Assembly: GCA_002684655.1 (NCBI GenBank)
Contig: NYVR01000022.1
Coordinates: forward strand, 30,175 to 94,174
Origin: Planctomycetota bacterium
GTDB lineage: Bacteria > Planctomycetota > UBA1135 > UBA2386
DNA length: 64,000 nt
Direction: 5' to 3'
Shown: one piece after another, positions 53,310 to 61,842 of the stretch
Layout of the letters: every line of letters begins with the position of its first letter
Position numbering within the stretch: position 1 is the stretch's first letter
Program-made: the position numbers and the translations under genes
The notes under the pieces: model-generated
The model's input: the letters and a program-made list of their open reading frames with translations, nothing else
Databases searched by the model: none
What the model was told of the DNA's origin: nothing

Positions 53310-53984
53310 GTGAAACTCCTCCGCGATCCAGACGCTCACCTCGTCGCCGCTTGTCGGGACCCCGACGAGGCTGGCTTCGAAGACGCGTTCGCGATCTTGT
53401 TCGAGCGATATCGCGAACGCGCGTATGCGATCGCCTACCGCGTGTCCGGTAATCAGGCCGACGCGCTCGACATCGTGCAAGAGAGTTTCGCGCTGCTGTT
53501 TCGCAAGCTGCACACGTTCAAAGGCACCTCGCTGTTCAGCACGTGGATGTTCCGCATCGTGACCAACTGCGCCATCGATCAGCGACGTCGCAACAGCAGG
53601 AGCGATCGGCCGACGGCTGCGTTCTTGGATTTGACGGCGCGCGCGGACGTGGCTGACGAAGCCCCTGGCCCAAGGGACGTCGCGGCCCTTCACGAGGTCG
53701 GTGATCACGTGCAGGCCGCCATTTCGTACCTCAGCCCCAAGCTGCGCGCCGTCTTGGCGCTCCGTTATCTGGAGGAGATGTCCTACGACGACCTCGCGGC
53801 GACGCTCGAGGTTTCACTTGGGACGGTCAAGTCGCGCCTCGCGCGCGCGCACATCGCGCTCGAGCAAACGCTCCGCACGAGGTTCCCCGAGCTCGACATC
53901 AGCCGTCGTTTGCGGGCCGATGACGCCGAGGACGCGCGCGAACATCCCGGCACCGGCGAGGCGGCAATGGGAGGCGTCGGATGA
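53310..53984 (+). CDS. ECF-type RNA polymerase sigma factor
   Basis: Region 2: FERYRERAYAIAYRVSGNQADALDIVQESFALLFRKLHTF...STWMFRIVTNCAIDQRRR. Region 4: LRYLEEMSYDDLAATLEVSLGTVKSRLARA. GTG start. Confidence 0.85.
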   Translation: MKLLRDPDAHLVAACRDPDEAGFEDAFAILFERYRERAYAIAYRVSGNQADALDIVQESFALLFRKLHTFKGTSLFSTWMFRIVTNCAIDQRRRNSRSDRPTAAFLDLTARADVADEAPGPRDVAALHEVGDHVQAAISYLSPKLRAVLALRYLEEMSYDDLAATLEVSLGTVKSRLARAHIALEQTLRTRFPELDISRRLRADDAEDAREHPGTGEAAMGGVG

Positions 53985-54568
53985 GCCTACGTCCAGCGAT
54001 CCCGCGAGACTGCCGCGTTGCCTTCAGGTCTCTCGATGACGAGGCTGCGGCGGCGCACGAAGCGACGTGCGCTTTCTGCGCCGCGCGGGCGGCTGCGCGG
54101 CGAACACTCGTCGAGCCGCTCTCTGCGCGCCCCGCTGCACCCGCGGAGCTCGCACAACCTAGCTTCCTCCAGTCAATCTATGAGCGAACCGTAGAGCGCA
54201 GCGAGCACGGGCCTGTCGCCGAGTGGCTGAACGTTGCGCCGCTGCCTGAAGGGACGGGCGACGCGGAGTGGGGGCAACGCTTGCAGACCTCGGGAGTGGC
54301 CGAGGAGCTCGGCCGTCGGCCTGCTGCGCCCGACGCCGCGGCGTGGTCGAGGGTGCACCAAGAGATCGTCTCCGGCGCCGCCGCTACCACGGCTCGCACG
54401 GCCACAGGGCGTTGGCCGACTCTCCTCGCTGGCGCGGCTGTCGCCGCCATCGTCGCTGCGATTTCGGTATCCAACGGAACTCAACCTGAACCGCGCATCG
54501 TCTTTACCGAGTTATCCGACGCGCCCGACGTCCCTTTTGCCGTCGTGCGTTACGGGGCGAAAGACTGA
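53981..54568 (+). CDS. Anti-sigma factor (zf-HC2 type, single TM)
   Basis: ATGA overlap with the sigma gene. H-x3-C-x2-C motif (AHEATCAFC). TM segment WPTLLAGAAVAAIVAAI. Confidence 0.6.
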   Translation: MSLRPAIPRDCRVAFRSLDDEAAAAHEATCAFCAARAAARRTLVEPLSARPAAPAELAQPSFLQSIYERTVERSEHGPVAEWLNVAPLPEGTGDAEWGQRLQTSGVAEELGRRPAAPDAAAWSRVHQEIVSGAAATTARTATGRWPTLLAGAAVAAIVAAISVSNGTQPEPRIVFTELSDAPDVPFAVVRYGAKD

Positions 54569-54709
54569 CGTAACGTACCCACTCGTTCACCTCTAGCCGC
54601 GAAACCCACTTCGTCTCCTACCTCAGTATCCTTGGTCGTCCGCTATGAGTCGCCGCTTGCCGGCGCGCTCGGAAACCTCGCATCCTCTCTCGTGTCACCT
54701 CTCCCTCAG

Positions 54710-55759
54710 ATGGTCCTGCAACGGCTCGCCGCCCTGACGTGCTGCCTCGCAGCGCTCGTGGCTTTGTCGAGCGCAGGCAGTCTGAGGGGGCAAGGTGGTC
54801 AGGCCCAGCAAGGCGTCGTCAAGCGCCTCGCGGGCAACGGGGTGCCGACGCTGCAGTCGATCGGACAGGCTGTGTTAACCCAGGACTACACGGTCGAGCA
54901 GTTGAGGCGTTTTCGGCGCGCGGACGGAAGCGTGGTGACGGTCCGTGAGCTCCTGCAGGTTCAGTCAAACAACACCTTCCAACCACAGTCTGCCCTGACG
55001 TTCCTCGGCGTGGAGGGAGAGCCATCGGGGTCGCCGCTCAGCCAAGAGTGGCAGCAGACATATGCTCGCTACAGCTCCGTCCTCGTCCGCAATGGCTCGT
55101 TTCAAGTCCGGGATCTAAGTCGAGCCGGCAACAACTACACGCTCCACGACTTTGGCCAAGTGCTGCGTGCAGGCCGCATCGCCCGCCGCATGGTCGTGTT
55201 CCCCAACACGGTCGACAAGGCTATTTGGGTCGTCGACGTCGACGGTCTCACGAACGTGCCGCTGTTCGTCGCGGAGTTCGACAATCAGCTGAAGCTGTTC
55301 GCCGAGATCGAAGCCGTCAACTTCTCGGGCGGTGTGCAAAACATGTCGCCGGCAGCGTCGATGCAGGCCGTCACGCCCGTCGCGGACTTCGCCGCGGGTA
55401 GCGCGTTCCTCGGTGGTCCAGCGGGTTTGGTCGACCCGGATATCCTCGCGGTCGTCGCTGACTACGGGTTGGACTCTGTCGAGGTCTACCAAGACCCACT
55501 CAACGGTCGCGAGAAGCTGGTCATGAATTACACGGACGGGATCGACCAATTCATGGTGGTGCAGACGGTCAACGTCTCCGACCCGTTCGGCAGCTTGCCT
55601 GGTTCGTCGGCCAACGTCATCGGCCGTTTCCGTGACCCGGCCCTGAGCGCGTTGGTGTTCTGGGACGATGACGTCACGTTCCACGTCGCCGGTCGCGGCG
55701 CTCTGCGTCGACTGGACGACGTCGCGTCGCGGATCTACCGGCAGGCGCTCAGCCAATAG
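54710..55759 (+). CDS. Secreted hypothetical protein downstream of the ECF/anti-sigma pair
   Basis: ATG at 54710 gives MVLQRLAALTCCLAALVALSSAGS, a signal peptide. Its position as third gene recalls RseB/MucB-type regulators, but I see no motif to confirm that. Confidence 0.55.
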   Translation: MVLQRLAALTCCLAALVALSSAGSLRGQGGQAQQGVVKRLAGNGVPTLQSIGQAVLTQDYTVEQLRRFRRADGSVVTVRELLQVQSNNTFQPQSALTFLGVEGEPSGSPLSQEWQQTYARYSSVLVRNGSFQVRDLSRAGNNYTLHDFGQVLRAGRIARRMVVFPNTVDKAIWVVDVDGLTNVPLFVAEFDNQLKLFAEIEAVNFSGGVQNMSPAASMQAVTPVADFAAGSAFLGGPAGLVDPDILAVVADYGLDSVEVYQDPLNGREKLVMNYTDGIDQFMVVQTVNVSDPFGSLPGSSANVIGRFRDPALSALVFWDDDVTFHVAGRGALRRLDDVASRIYRQALSQ

Positions 55760-55930
55760 CGACGTCGACGAACGCTTCGCTGCTAGCGCTCGGCGTCGCG
55801 AGTCGCATGCGCGCGTCACCGTCTAAGGAACGCGACCTCTCCGGTCGCATCTTTTGGACCCGGGAGGTGGCTGTCGAGCGAGCGCGAGCGGAACGGCCCG
55901 TCCAATGGTGACATCGTGTGCGGGCGTCAC

Positions 55931-55947
55931 TTGGCATCTGCCGTGCT
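55931..55947 (+). promoter_or_regulatory. Candidate sigma-54 (-24/-12) promoter
   Basis: tTGGCATctgccGTGCt compared with the consensus TGGCAC-N5-TTGCW. GG (55933-34) and GC (55945-46) are separated by exactly 10 nt. The site lies 27 nt upstream of the ATG at 55974. Confidence 0.35.
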
Positions 55948-55973
55948 CTCTGTAGGCAAACAGAGATCACGGA

Positions 55974-56393
55974 ATGGACGCCGAAAAAAACAACACTCCC
56001 AAACTCCCCGAAGCGTTGGGCTCCGCTGAATACCGGACGCGATTGACGACCAAGCTCAATTGTCTGATCGCTGTGCTCGAAGTCGCGATCGCCAAGATCA
56101 CCAAGAGCATGGATACGCCTGGCGCGAACGAAGAGCGTTTATCCAAGATCAGGGGGAACCTTGAGAACACGCTCTCGATCTGTCACCGCGCCAAGCAGAC
56201 CCTCGACAAGACGCAGCAGAATAAGCAGACCATGCAGCGCACACGTGATGGCAAGATGATGACGGCGCGTGACTACGTCGAGCTGACGAGCATCGAGGAG
56301 TATCGCAAATTCCGCAGCATGAAGCCCATCAGCCAAGCCGACGTCGAAGCCATCGATTTTGAAGAGCTTTCGCGGCGGCTGCTCGACAGCTGA
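55974..56393 (+). CDS. Hypothetical protein (139 aa), visibly more AT-rich than its surroundings
   Basis: The ORF has a plausible helical, Lys/Glu/Thr-rich composition (MDAEKNNTPKLPEALGSAEYRTRLTTKLNCLIAVLEVAIAKI...). No domain is recognised. Confidence 0.55.
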   Translation: MDAEKNNTPKLPEALGSAEYRTRLTTKLNCLIAVLEVAIAKITKSMDTPGANEERLSKIRGNLENTLSICHRAKQTLDKTQQNKQTMQRTRDGKMMTARDYVELTSIEEYRKFRSMKPISQADVEAIDFEELSRRLLDS

Positions 56394-56516
56394 CCTGCCG
56401 TTGGCGCGGGCGTTCTGCGCTTGGTGACCGTCGCCGTCTGTTCGTTGGCGCCGTATTGAGAGCAATACGTCTTCATCGTGGACCGCGCGAATGCCGATCT
56501 CTTCCTGGGAAAAGGC

Positions 56517-57791
56517 ATGACGATTGCACTCATCGGGAAGGAAGACTCGATCCGCGCTGCGGCACGCATCGGGTTGGTTTCGCCACAGGGCGCCGAAGGC
56601 TTCAACCACCGCGTTGAACGGGCCGGCCATCAACTCACGACGGCCTCGGACTGGAGCGAAATGCTCGAGTCTGCGATCGCCCAGCCTGTCGACGTCGTTT
56701 TCTGTCATCACTCGATGAAGGGAGGGGTCCCGGCGGGTTTCCGAGCCCCCGTCCTCTGCGTCGACGACGACGTCGAGATCTCGGACGGCGCGCTCCAGGG
56801 GATGCTCGACCTCGCGGTCCAGCTCGCCGGCCAGAGCGCGCGGCTTGTCGAACTCGAAGGTGTCGTCGAAGGCATTCGCTCCGGTGAGGCGATCGTCGGC
56901 AACACGCCAGTCATTCGCAGGCTGAAAAGCGCTGTGTCGCGGGCGGCTGAGTGCGACGCGACCGTGCTGATCGAGGGTCCATCAGGCGCTGGTAAGTCCC
57001 TGGCGGCGCGCGTCATCCACCTAAAGAGTCGTCGCGCGGATAGCCCGATCATGGTGAAGGAATGCTCGACGGTCTCTGCCGACGAGATGACTTCGCTGCT
57101 CAACAGCTGCGCCGCGACGACCTTGGTCCTCGAAGACGTCGACCAGCTCCCGAGCAACGCCCAGTCGGTGTTGGTGAAGCACCTCAAAGACCGCTCTTCG
57201 GCGCGCGCGCCTGCTACTCAGGTCCGCCTCATTGCGACGACCGCTGCGCACATCCCTGAACTCGTCGCGCGCGGCGCGTTCCGCGAGGACCTCTTCTACC
57301 GTCTGCATACATTTCCGATCATGGTCCCTGGGCTGCACGAGCGCGTCGACGACGTGCAGGCGCTCGCGGACGCGATCCTCGACGTGAATCTCTCTGAGTC
57401 TGGTCGCGGACACGCTGGCTTCACCGCCGGTGCGCGCGCGCTGCTTGAGAGCATGCATTGGCCAGGCCACGTCGCTCAGCTAGAGACCGTGATCCGCCGC
57501 GGGCAAGCCTTGGCCGCTGGCGGCGCAATTGACCGGGAGCACCTGCTGGCCCAGCCGAGCAGCCCCAAGGTGACCTCCGAGTCATCCAGCTCCGCGCAGA
57601 CCGAGGCTCGCGCCAGCGACGCGGAGTTGACCGAAGAAAGCATTCGGCCTTTCGAAGAAGAAGAGAAGCACCTGCTCGGACGCGCTCTACAGGCGACCAA
57701 GGGCAACGTGCGACGCGCGGCTCAGCTGCTCGGCATTGGGCGCGCGACGCTGTATCGGAAGATCCAGCAGTATCACTTGCGCCTTCACTAG
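56517..57791 (+). CDS. NtrC-family AAA+ transcriptional regulator with a degenerate receiver, no GAFTGA loop, and a Fis-type HTH
   Basis: Walker A GPSGAGKSLAARVIH, Walker B TLVLEDVDQL, GAFREDLFYRL, WPGHVAQLETVI, and C-terminal HTH NVRRAAQLLGIGRATLYRKIQ. The start could be 56478 (GTG) or 56517 (ATG). Confidence 0.8.
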   Translation: MTIALIGKEDSIRAAARIGLVSPQGAEGFNHRVERAGHQLTTASDWSEMLESAIAQPVDVVFCHHSMKGGVPAGFRAPVLCVDDDVEISDGALQGMLDLAVQLAGQSARLVELEGVVEGIRSGEAIVGNTPVIRRLKSAVSRAAECDATVLIEGPSGAGKSLAARVIHLKSRRADSPIMVKECSTVSADEMTSLLNSCAATTLVLEDVDQLPSNAQSVLVKHLKDRSSARAPATQVRLIATTAAHIPELVARGAFREDLFYRLHTFPIMVPGLHERVDDVQALADAILDVNLSESGRGHAGFTAGARALLESMHWPGHVAQLETVIRRGQALAAGGAIDREHLLAQPSSPKVTSESSSSAQTEARASDAELTEESIRPFEEEEKHLLGRALQATKGNVRRAAQLLGIGRATLYRKIQQYHLRLH

Positions 57792-57811
57792 GCGCGGCGG
57801 ATCTTCGGTGT

Positions 57812-58453
57812 ATGTCGGGTACGATCCCCGTTCTGCACCGCGATGATCACCTGCTGATCGTTGATAAGCCCGCCGGGACGCTGGTCGTTCCGGTCAGCGG
57901 CCGCAACGAGGACTGCATGGTGGATCGCCTGACGCATCAACTCGAGCAACGGGTCTATGCCGTGCACAGGCTGGATGAGGACACCACAGGGTGCCTCGCG
58001 TTTGCGCTCGACGAGGCTTCACGCGACGCGCTCGATCGGACCTTTCGGGAGCACACAGCGATGCGCGATTACTTAGCGCTGACGACTGCCGTGCCTTCTC
58101 CTGAATCCGGCTGCATCGAGAGCCACCTCGAAGAGGGCGCGGACGGTGTGGTGCGCGTGGTCCGGCGAGGCGGTCGCCGTGCGGTCACGCACTACGCTGC
58201 GCTGGCGCGTCGAGACCGAGGCAGCCTGGTGCGCTGTCGGCTTGAGACCGGCAGGCGCAACCAAATCCGCGTACACCTTGCGGCCCTCGGGTGCCCGGTC
58301 GCGGGCGATCGCAAATATGGCTACCGCCCGCGCTCCGGGGAGCGCTACGGCCGGGTCATGCTGCATTCGTGGCGTCTGAAGCTCGCCCATCCGCTGACGG
58401 GCGGCGCGGTGGAGGTCTCCTGCGAGGCGCCTGAGGTCGAGCTGCGGCCGTAG
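57812..58453 (+). CDS. RluA-family pseudouridine synthase
   Basis: LLIVDKPAG..V, HRLDEDTTGCLAFAL, RNQIRVHLAALGCPVAGDRKYG. Confidence 0.85.
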   Translation: MSGTIPVLHRDDHLLIVDKPAGTLVVPVSGRNEDCMVDRLTHQLEQRVYAVHRLDEDTTGCLAFALDEASRDALDRTFREHTAMRDYLALTTAVPSPESGCIESHLEEGADGVVRVVRRGGRRAVTHYAALARRDRGSLVRCRLETGRRNQIRVHLAALGCPVAGDRKYGYRPRSGERYGRVMLHSWRLKLAHPLTGGAVEVSCEAPEVELRP

Positions 58454-58458
58454 AAGCG

Positions 58459-59886
58459 GTGGCGGGAGTGTGGCGATCTCTAGGCGTCGCGACCTACAAT
58501 GCGAGCGCATTGCGCGTTCCGGTCCAGTTGTCTGAAGCGACCCTGTTTGGGTTCTTCACGAGCACGCGGCTCCCCGTGGTCTCCAGCCTTTCGCTGGTGA
58601 TCCGCTGGGCGTCGTTGGCGATGGCTGCAGCGGCGTTGGCCTACGGCGCGGCCTGCCTGTGCCTCGCGGACGGGTTCTGGACGGCGACCCTGCCGTGGAG
58701 CGGGGCGCTGCCGGCGCTCGCGTCGGCGCCGTTCTTCGCCGCCGCGTGGTTTGGCTGGCGGCATCAGCGCATGCAGCAGGCTGCGACCCTGTTATTCGTC
58801 GCGATGTTTACGCTGATGGTCTTGGCCAATTGGCCGCGCGGCGTGTTCAACCCCGCCTGGTACATGCACCCGGTGTTGTCGCTGTTGGCCACGATGTGCC
58901 TCGGCGTGATTCCGGGGCTGAGTTTGACCCTGGCTGCGGTCGCCGCGCTGTTGGTCGCGGCCTCGGCTGCGCCTGGTGACGCCGTGAACCCTGCGCTCCT
59001 GCCCGACGCGTGGGGGCACAGCCTCAGCCTCGCGGCGATATCGCTGGGCTCGGCGCTGGCCGGCGCGATCGTCAACCGCCTCGTCTTCATGGCGCTGATC
59101 ACAGCGGAGTCTCAGCGCCGCAAGAACTTTGAGTCCAGCCGCGCCCTTCGGCACCGCGAGAAGCTTCTCCGGCACGCGTTGCGGGTCGAGACGGTGGGGG
59201 ACCTCGCTGGCTTGGTGTGCCACCAGCTCCGCAACACCTTCCAGGTCCTTATCGGGCACGTCACCCTGGGAACGATGTCCGATGACGAGGAGCGTCAGCG
59301 TCGGCTCGCGCTCATCGAGGAGACGTTGCAGCAGACGAAGCCGCTGCTCGACCAGCTGATGCGTATGGCTCATCCGGATGAGGGCGCGAACGCAGCGTGT
59401 GATGTGACCGAGGTGCTGCGGCAGTTCCACGCCCAGGCAGAACGAGTGCTGCCGAGCAAGATCGACCTTCGCAGCGAAATCCCCGACGTCAGCCCGCTCG
59501 TTCAGATCAACCCTCACGGGCTCGTGCACGCGCTCTGGAACCTCGTGATCAACGCCAAGCAGGCGCTTGACGGAGAGGGCGCGATCACGATCCGGTGTGG
59601 CAGCAGCAGCAAGCAGGTGTGGATCGAGGTGACCGACACGGGCCCCGGGATCCCTGCGGACGTACAAGAACGGATTTTCGACCCGTACTACACGACCAAG
59701 CCGATCGGTCAGGGGACCGGGCTGGGGTTGACTGCGGTCGCGCGCTACGTCCGGGGCAGTAGCGGCGTCATCCAGGTCGAGAGCGAGGACGGTGACGGGA
59801 CGACGTTCCGGATGGCCTTCCCGCACGCGACGGGCGCTGAGCTAGCCGGAGACCAAGCAGCGCTATCTGATCCGCAAACGGCTTAG
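58459..59886 (+). CDS. Membrane sensor histidine kinase
   Basis: About 6 TM segments, then H-box VCHQLRNTFQVL, N-box LWNLVINAKQAL, G1 VTDTGPGIP and G2 GTGLGLT. The start is uncertain. Confidence 0.8.
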   Translation: MAGVWRSLGVATYNASALRVPVQLSEATLFGFFTSTRLPVVSSLSLVIRWASLAMAAAALAYGAACLCLADGFWTATLPWSGALPALASAPFFAAAWFGWRHQRMQQAATLLFVAMFTLMVLANWPRGVFNPAWYMHPVLSLLATMCLGVIPGLSLTLAAVAALLVAASAAPGDAVNPALLPDAWGHSLSLAAISLGSALAGAIVNRLVFMALITAESQRRKNFESSRALRHREKLLRHALRVETVGDLAGLVCHQLRNTFQVLIGHVTLGTMSDDEERQRRLALIEETLQQTKPLLDQLMRMAHPDEGANAACDVTEVLRQFHAQAERVLPSKIDLRSEIPDVSPLVQINPHGLVHALWNLVINAKQALDGEGAITIRCGSSSKQVWIEVTDTGPGIPADVQERIFDPYYTTKPIGQGTGLGLTAVARYVRGSSGVIQVESEDGDGTTFRMAFPHATGAELAGDQAALSDPQTA

Positions 59887-60206
59887 AGCTGGACCGCTCT
59901 ACCTAGTCGCTGGGTGAGCACGTCGCCGAGGACGTCGTGGAGGGCGCCGCGGCCTTTGGTGTCCATCCACGCGTTGGACGTTGCGTCGAGCTCGAAGTGC
60001 CACGCGGTCGCGCCCTCAGCGAGCCAGATCTGGTGCGCTGCCGTTTGACGGTTCAGCACGCAAGGCCCGCCCGACGCGAAGGTGATCTTGATGACGCCCG
60101 CTGCAGCGTCCGCCTCGAGCTCGTCGGGGTCAAACGTGTCCAGCTGGGCGAGCAACGCCTGCATCAGGGCCTCGGCGAGTTTCAGGAACTCCTGGTCGGT
60201 GTTCAT
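59883..60206 (-). CDS. cyaY: Frataxin-like iron-sulfur cluster assembly protein CyaY
   Basis: From ATG 60206: MNTDQEFLKLAEALMQALLAQLD...GVIKITFASGGPCVLNRQTAAHQIWLAEGATAWHFE, the CyaY pattern. The stop overlaps the convergent kinase stop. Confidence 0.8.
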   Translation of the reverse strand: MNTDQEFLKLAEALMQALLAQLDTFDPDELEADAAAGVIKITFASGGPCVLNRQTAAHQIWLAEGATAWHFELDATSNAWMDTKGRGALHDVLGDVLTQRLGRAVQL

Positions 60207-60319
60207 CGGGCCGAATGATGGGTTACGGCGTCCCAGAGTCCAAGCGCCGCGTCGCGCAGATCTGGAGCGACGCGGGTCGCTTCGCTCGCCTCCCTGGTTG
60301 AAAACGAGAAGCGGCTCAT

Positions 60320-60362
60320 AAAAAAGAGTGGCCGACGGTCCTCTCCCAGAACCGTCGGCCAC
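60320..60362 (-). terminator. Rho-independent terminator on the minus strand
   Basis: The minus strand reads GTGGCCGACGG-ttctgggagagga-CCGTCGGCCAC-TC-TTTTTT. This is a perfect 11-bp stem followed by a T6 run. Confidence 0.65.
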
Positions 60363-60577
60363 GAAGGGTCCCGCCCGCTCAAGTTTGCCCTCTCGAATCG
60401 GCGTTGCGGTAGCTACGCCGGGCGGTCGGGACCACTCGTCCCATGCATTCCTAGTGGACGAATGAGGGGGCCATTCTTTCCTGAACGGTGCAGAAAATTG
60501 TGCGCCAGCCTTTATGACGCGGCATTTATCAGACGTATCGCCATTCTAGTCCTAGGGATACGTCCTTGGCATTGGGC

Positions 60578-61585
60578 TCAGCGCGCGCGCGCGCTGGCTT
60601 GCTCCTGCCATCGGGGGAGCAGCTGCTCGACCGAAATCTGCTCGGCGTCGGCCTCGAAGCCGAGCAGGACCCGGTGGCGCAGCGCGGGCAGCAGGCACGC
60701 GTCAATGTCGGCCTGCGCGACCGCGGGGCGGCCCTCGAGTAGCGCGCGGGCCTTGGCGCCTAGCAGGATGGCTTGGCCTGCGCGCGCGCTTGCGCCGTAG
60801 CGCACGAACCGCTGCGTGTCCTCGTCGCTGCTCGGGTTCTCAGGGTGCGTCGCGACGATGAGCTCCGCGACGTGCTGCAACAGGTGTGAGCCACACAAGA
60901 CGTCCCGAACCATCGCCTGGAGCTGCGCCAACTCCTCTCCAACAAGCTGGGGCGACGCCTCATCAGACCGCGATCCCGTAGTCGCCTCCAGGATGAGCGC
61001 CATGTCGTCACTGCCCGGCGTCCGGACGTCCAGTCGGAACAAGAACCTGTCCAGCTGCGCTTCGGGCAGCGGGAACGTGCCCTCGAGCTCGATCGGGTTC
61101 TGCGTCGCGACGACGTGGAACGGGTGCGGCAGGCTGTGCGTCGTGCCTGCGACGGTGACCGATCGCTCTTGCATGGCCTCAAGCAGCGCGGACTGGGTCT
61201 TTGGAGTCGCGCGGTTGATCTCATCTGCGAGGACGAGCCCGGCGAAGATCGGGCCGCGTTGAAACCGAAAGGCCCGCTTGTTGCCGTCCTCGTCGATGAC
61301 CTGGGTGCCGGTGACGTCGCTCGGCATTAGGTCAGGCGTGAACTGCACGCGCGAATAGTCGAGGCCGAGGCCGCCTGCGAGGGACTTGACCAGCATGGTC
61401 TTGCCAAGGCCAGGCAGGCCTTCCAGCAAGACGTGGCCGCCCGCGAGCATCGCGATCAGCAAGTCATCGATCAGTTGGTCCTGTCCGAGGATCTGTTTGC
61501 GAATCTGCGCGCGCAGCCCGGCGACCTTCTCCAGGAGGGCGCTGGCGCGACGCTGCACGTCGGAGGTTGGCTCGGTGTTGCTCAT
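60578..61585 (-). CDS. moxR: MoxR-family AAA+ ATPase
   Basis: GHVLLEGLPGLGKTMLVKSLA, LADEINRATPKTQSALLEAMQE, ATQNPIELEGTFPLPEAQLDRF. Confidence 0.9.
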   Translation of the reverse strand: MSNTEPTSDVQRRASALLEKVAGLRAQIRKQILGQDQLIDDLLIAMLAGGHVLLEGLPGLGKTMLVKSLAGGLGLDYSRVQFTPDLMPSDVTGTQVIDEDGNKRAFRFQRGPIFAGLVLADEINRATPKTQSALLEAMQERSVTVAGTTHSLPHPFHVVATQNPIELEGTFPLPEAQLDRFLFRLDVRTPGSDDMALILEATTGSRSDEASPQLVGEELAQLQAMVRDVLCGSHLLQHVAELIVATHPENPSSDEDTQRFVRYGASARAGQAILLGAKARALLEGRPAVAQADIDACLLPALRHRVLLGFEADAEQISVEQLLPRWQEQASARAR

Positions 61586-61842
61586 GATGGCTTGCGGGGA
61601 TCCGGGGCGCGGAGGGTGCGGGCGACCTGTCGCGTGGAGCGGGTGCCCCCCCAGCGAACCGTTTGTGACTCATCAGCGCCAGAGCGAGTCTCACTGCGAG
61701 CAGATTCGCCGGGATCGTCCGCAGCGGGTCACCGCTTGGGGGGGGCTCGCGCCGCGCCGCGACGACGTGGTCGGCGGCGCGTGAACGACGATCTGGCTAA
61801 GCCTCGCTTCCCGTCGAGGGCCCGGCCGACGATGATGCGCGC

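Noticed and set aside
60363-60577. Identity of the structured spacers (here and at 48610-49322) as tmRNA, RNase P RNA, SRP RNA or 6S RNA.
   Set aside because: None of the hallmark motifs I know are present: the RNase P GAGGAAAGUCC box, the tmRNA tRNA-like ends and tag ORF, or the SRP domain IV GGAA/AGCA loops. 6S RNA cannot be judged by eye, so these remain unassigned candidates.
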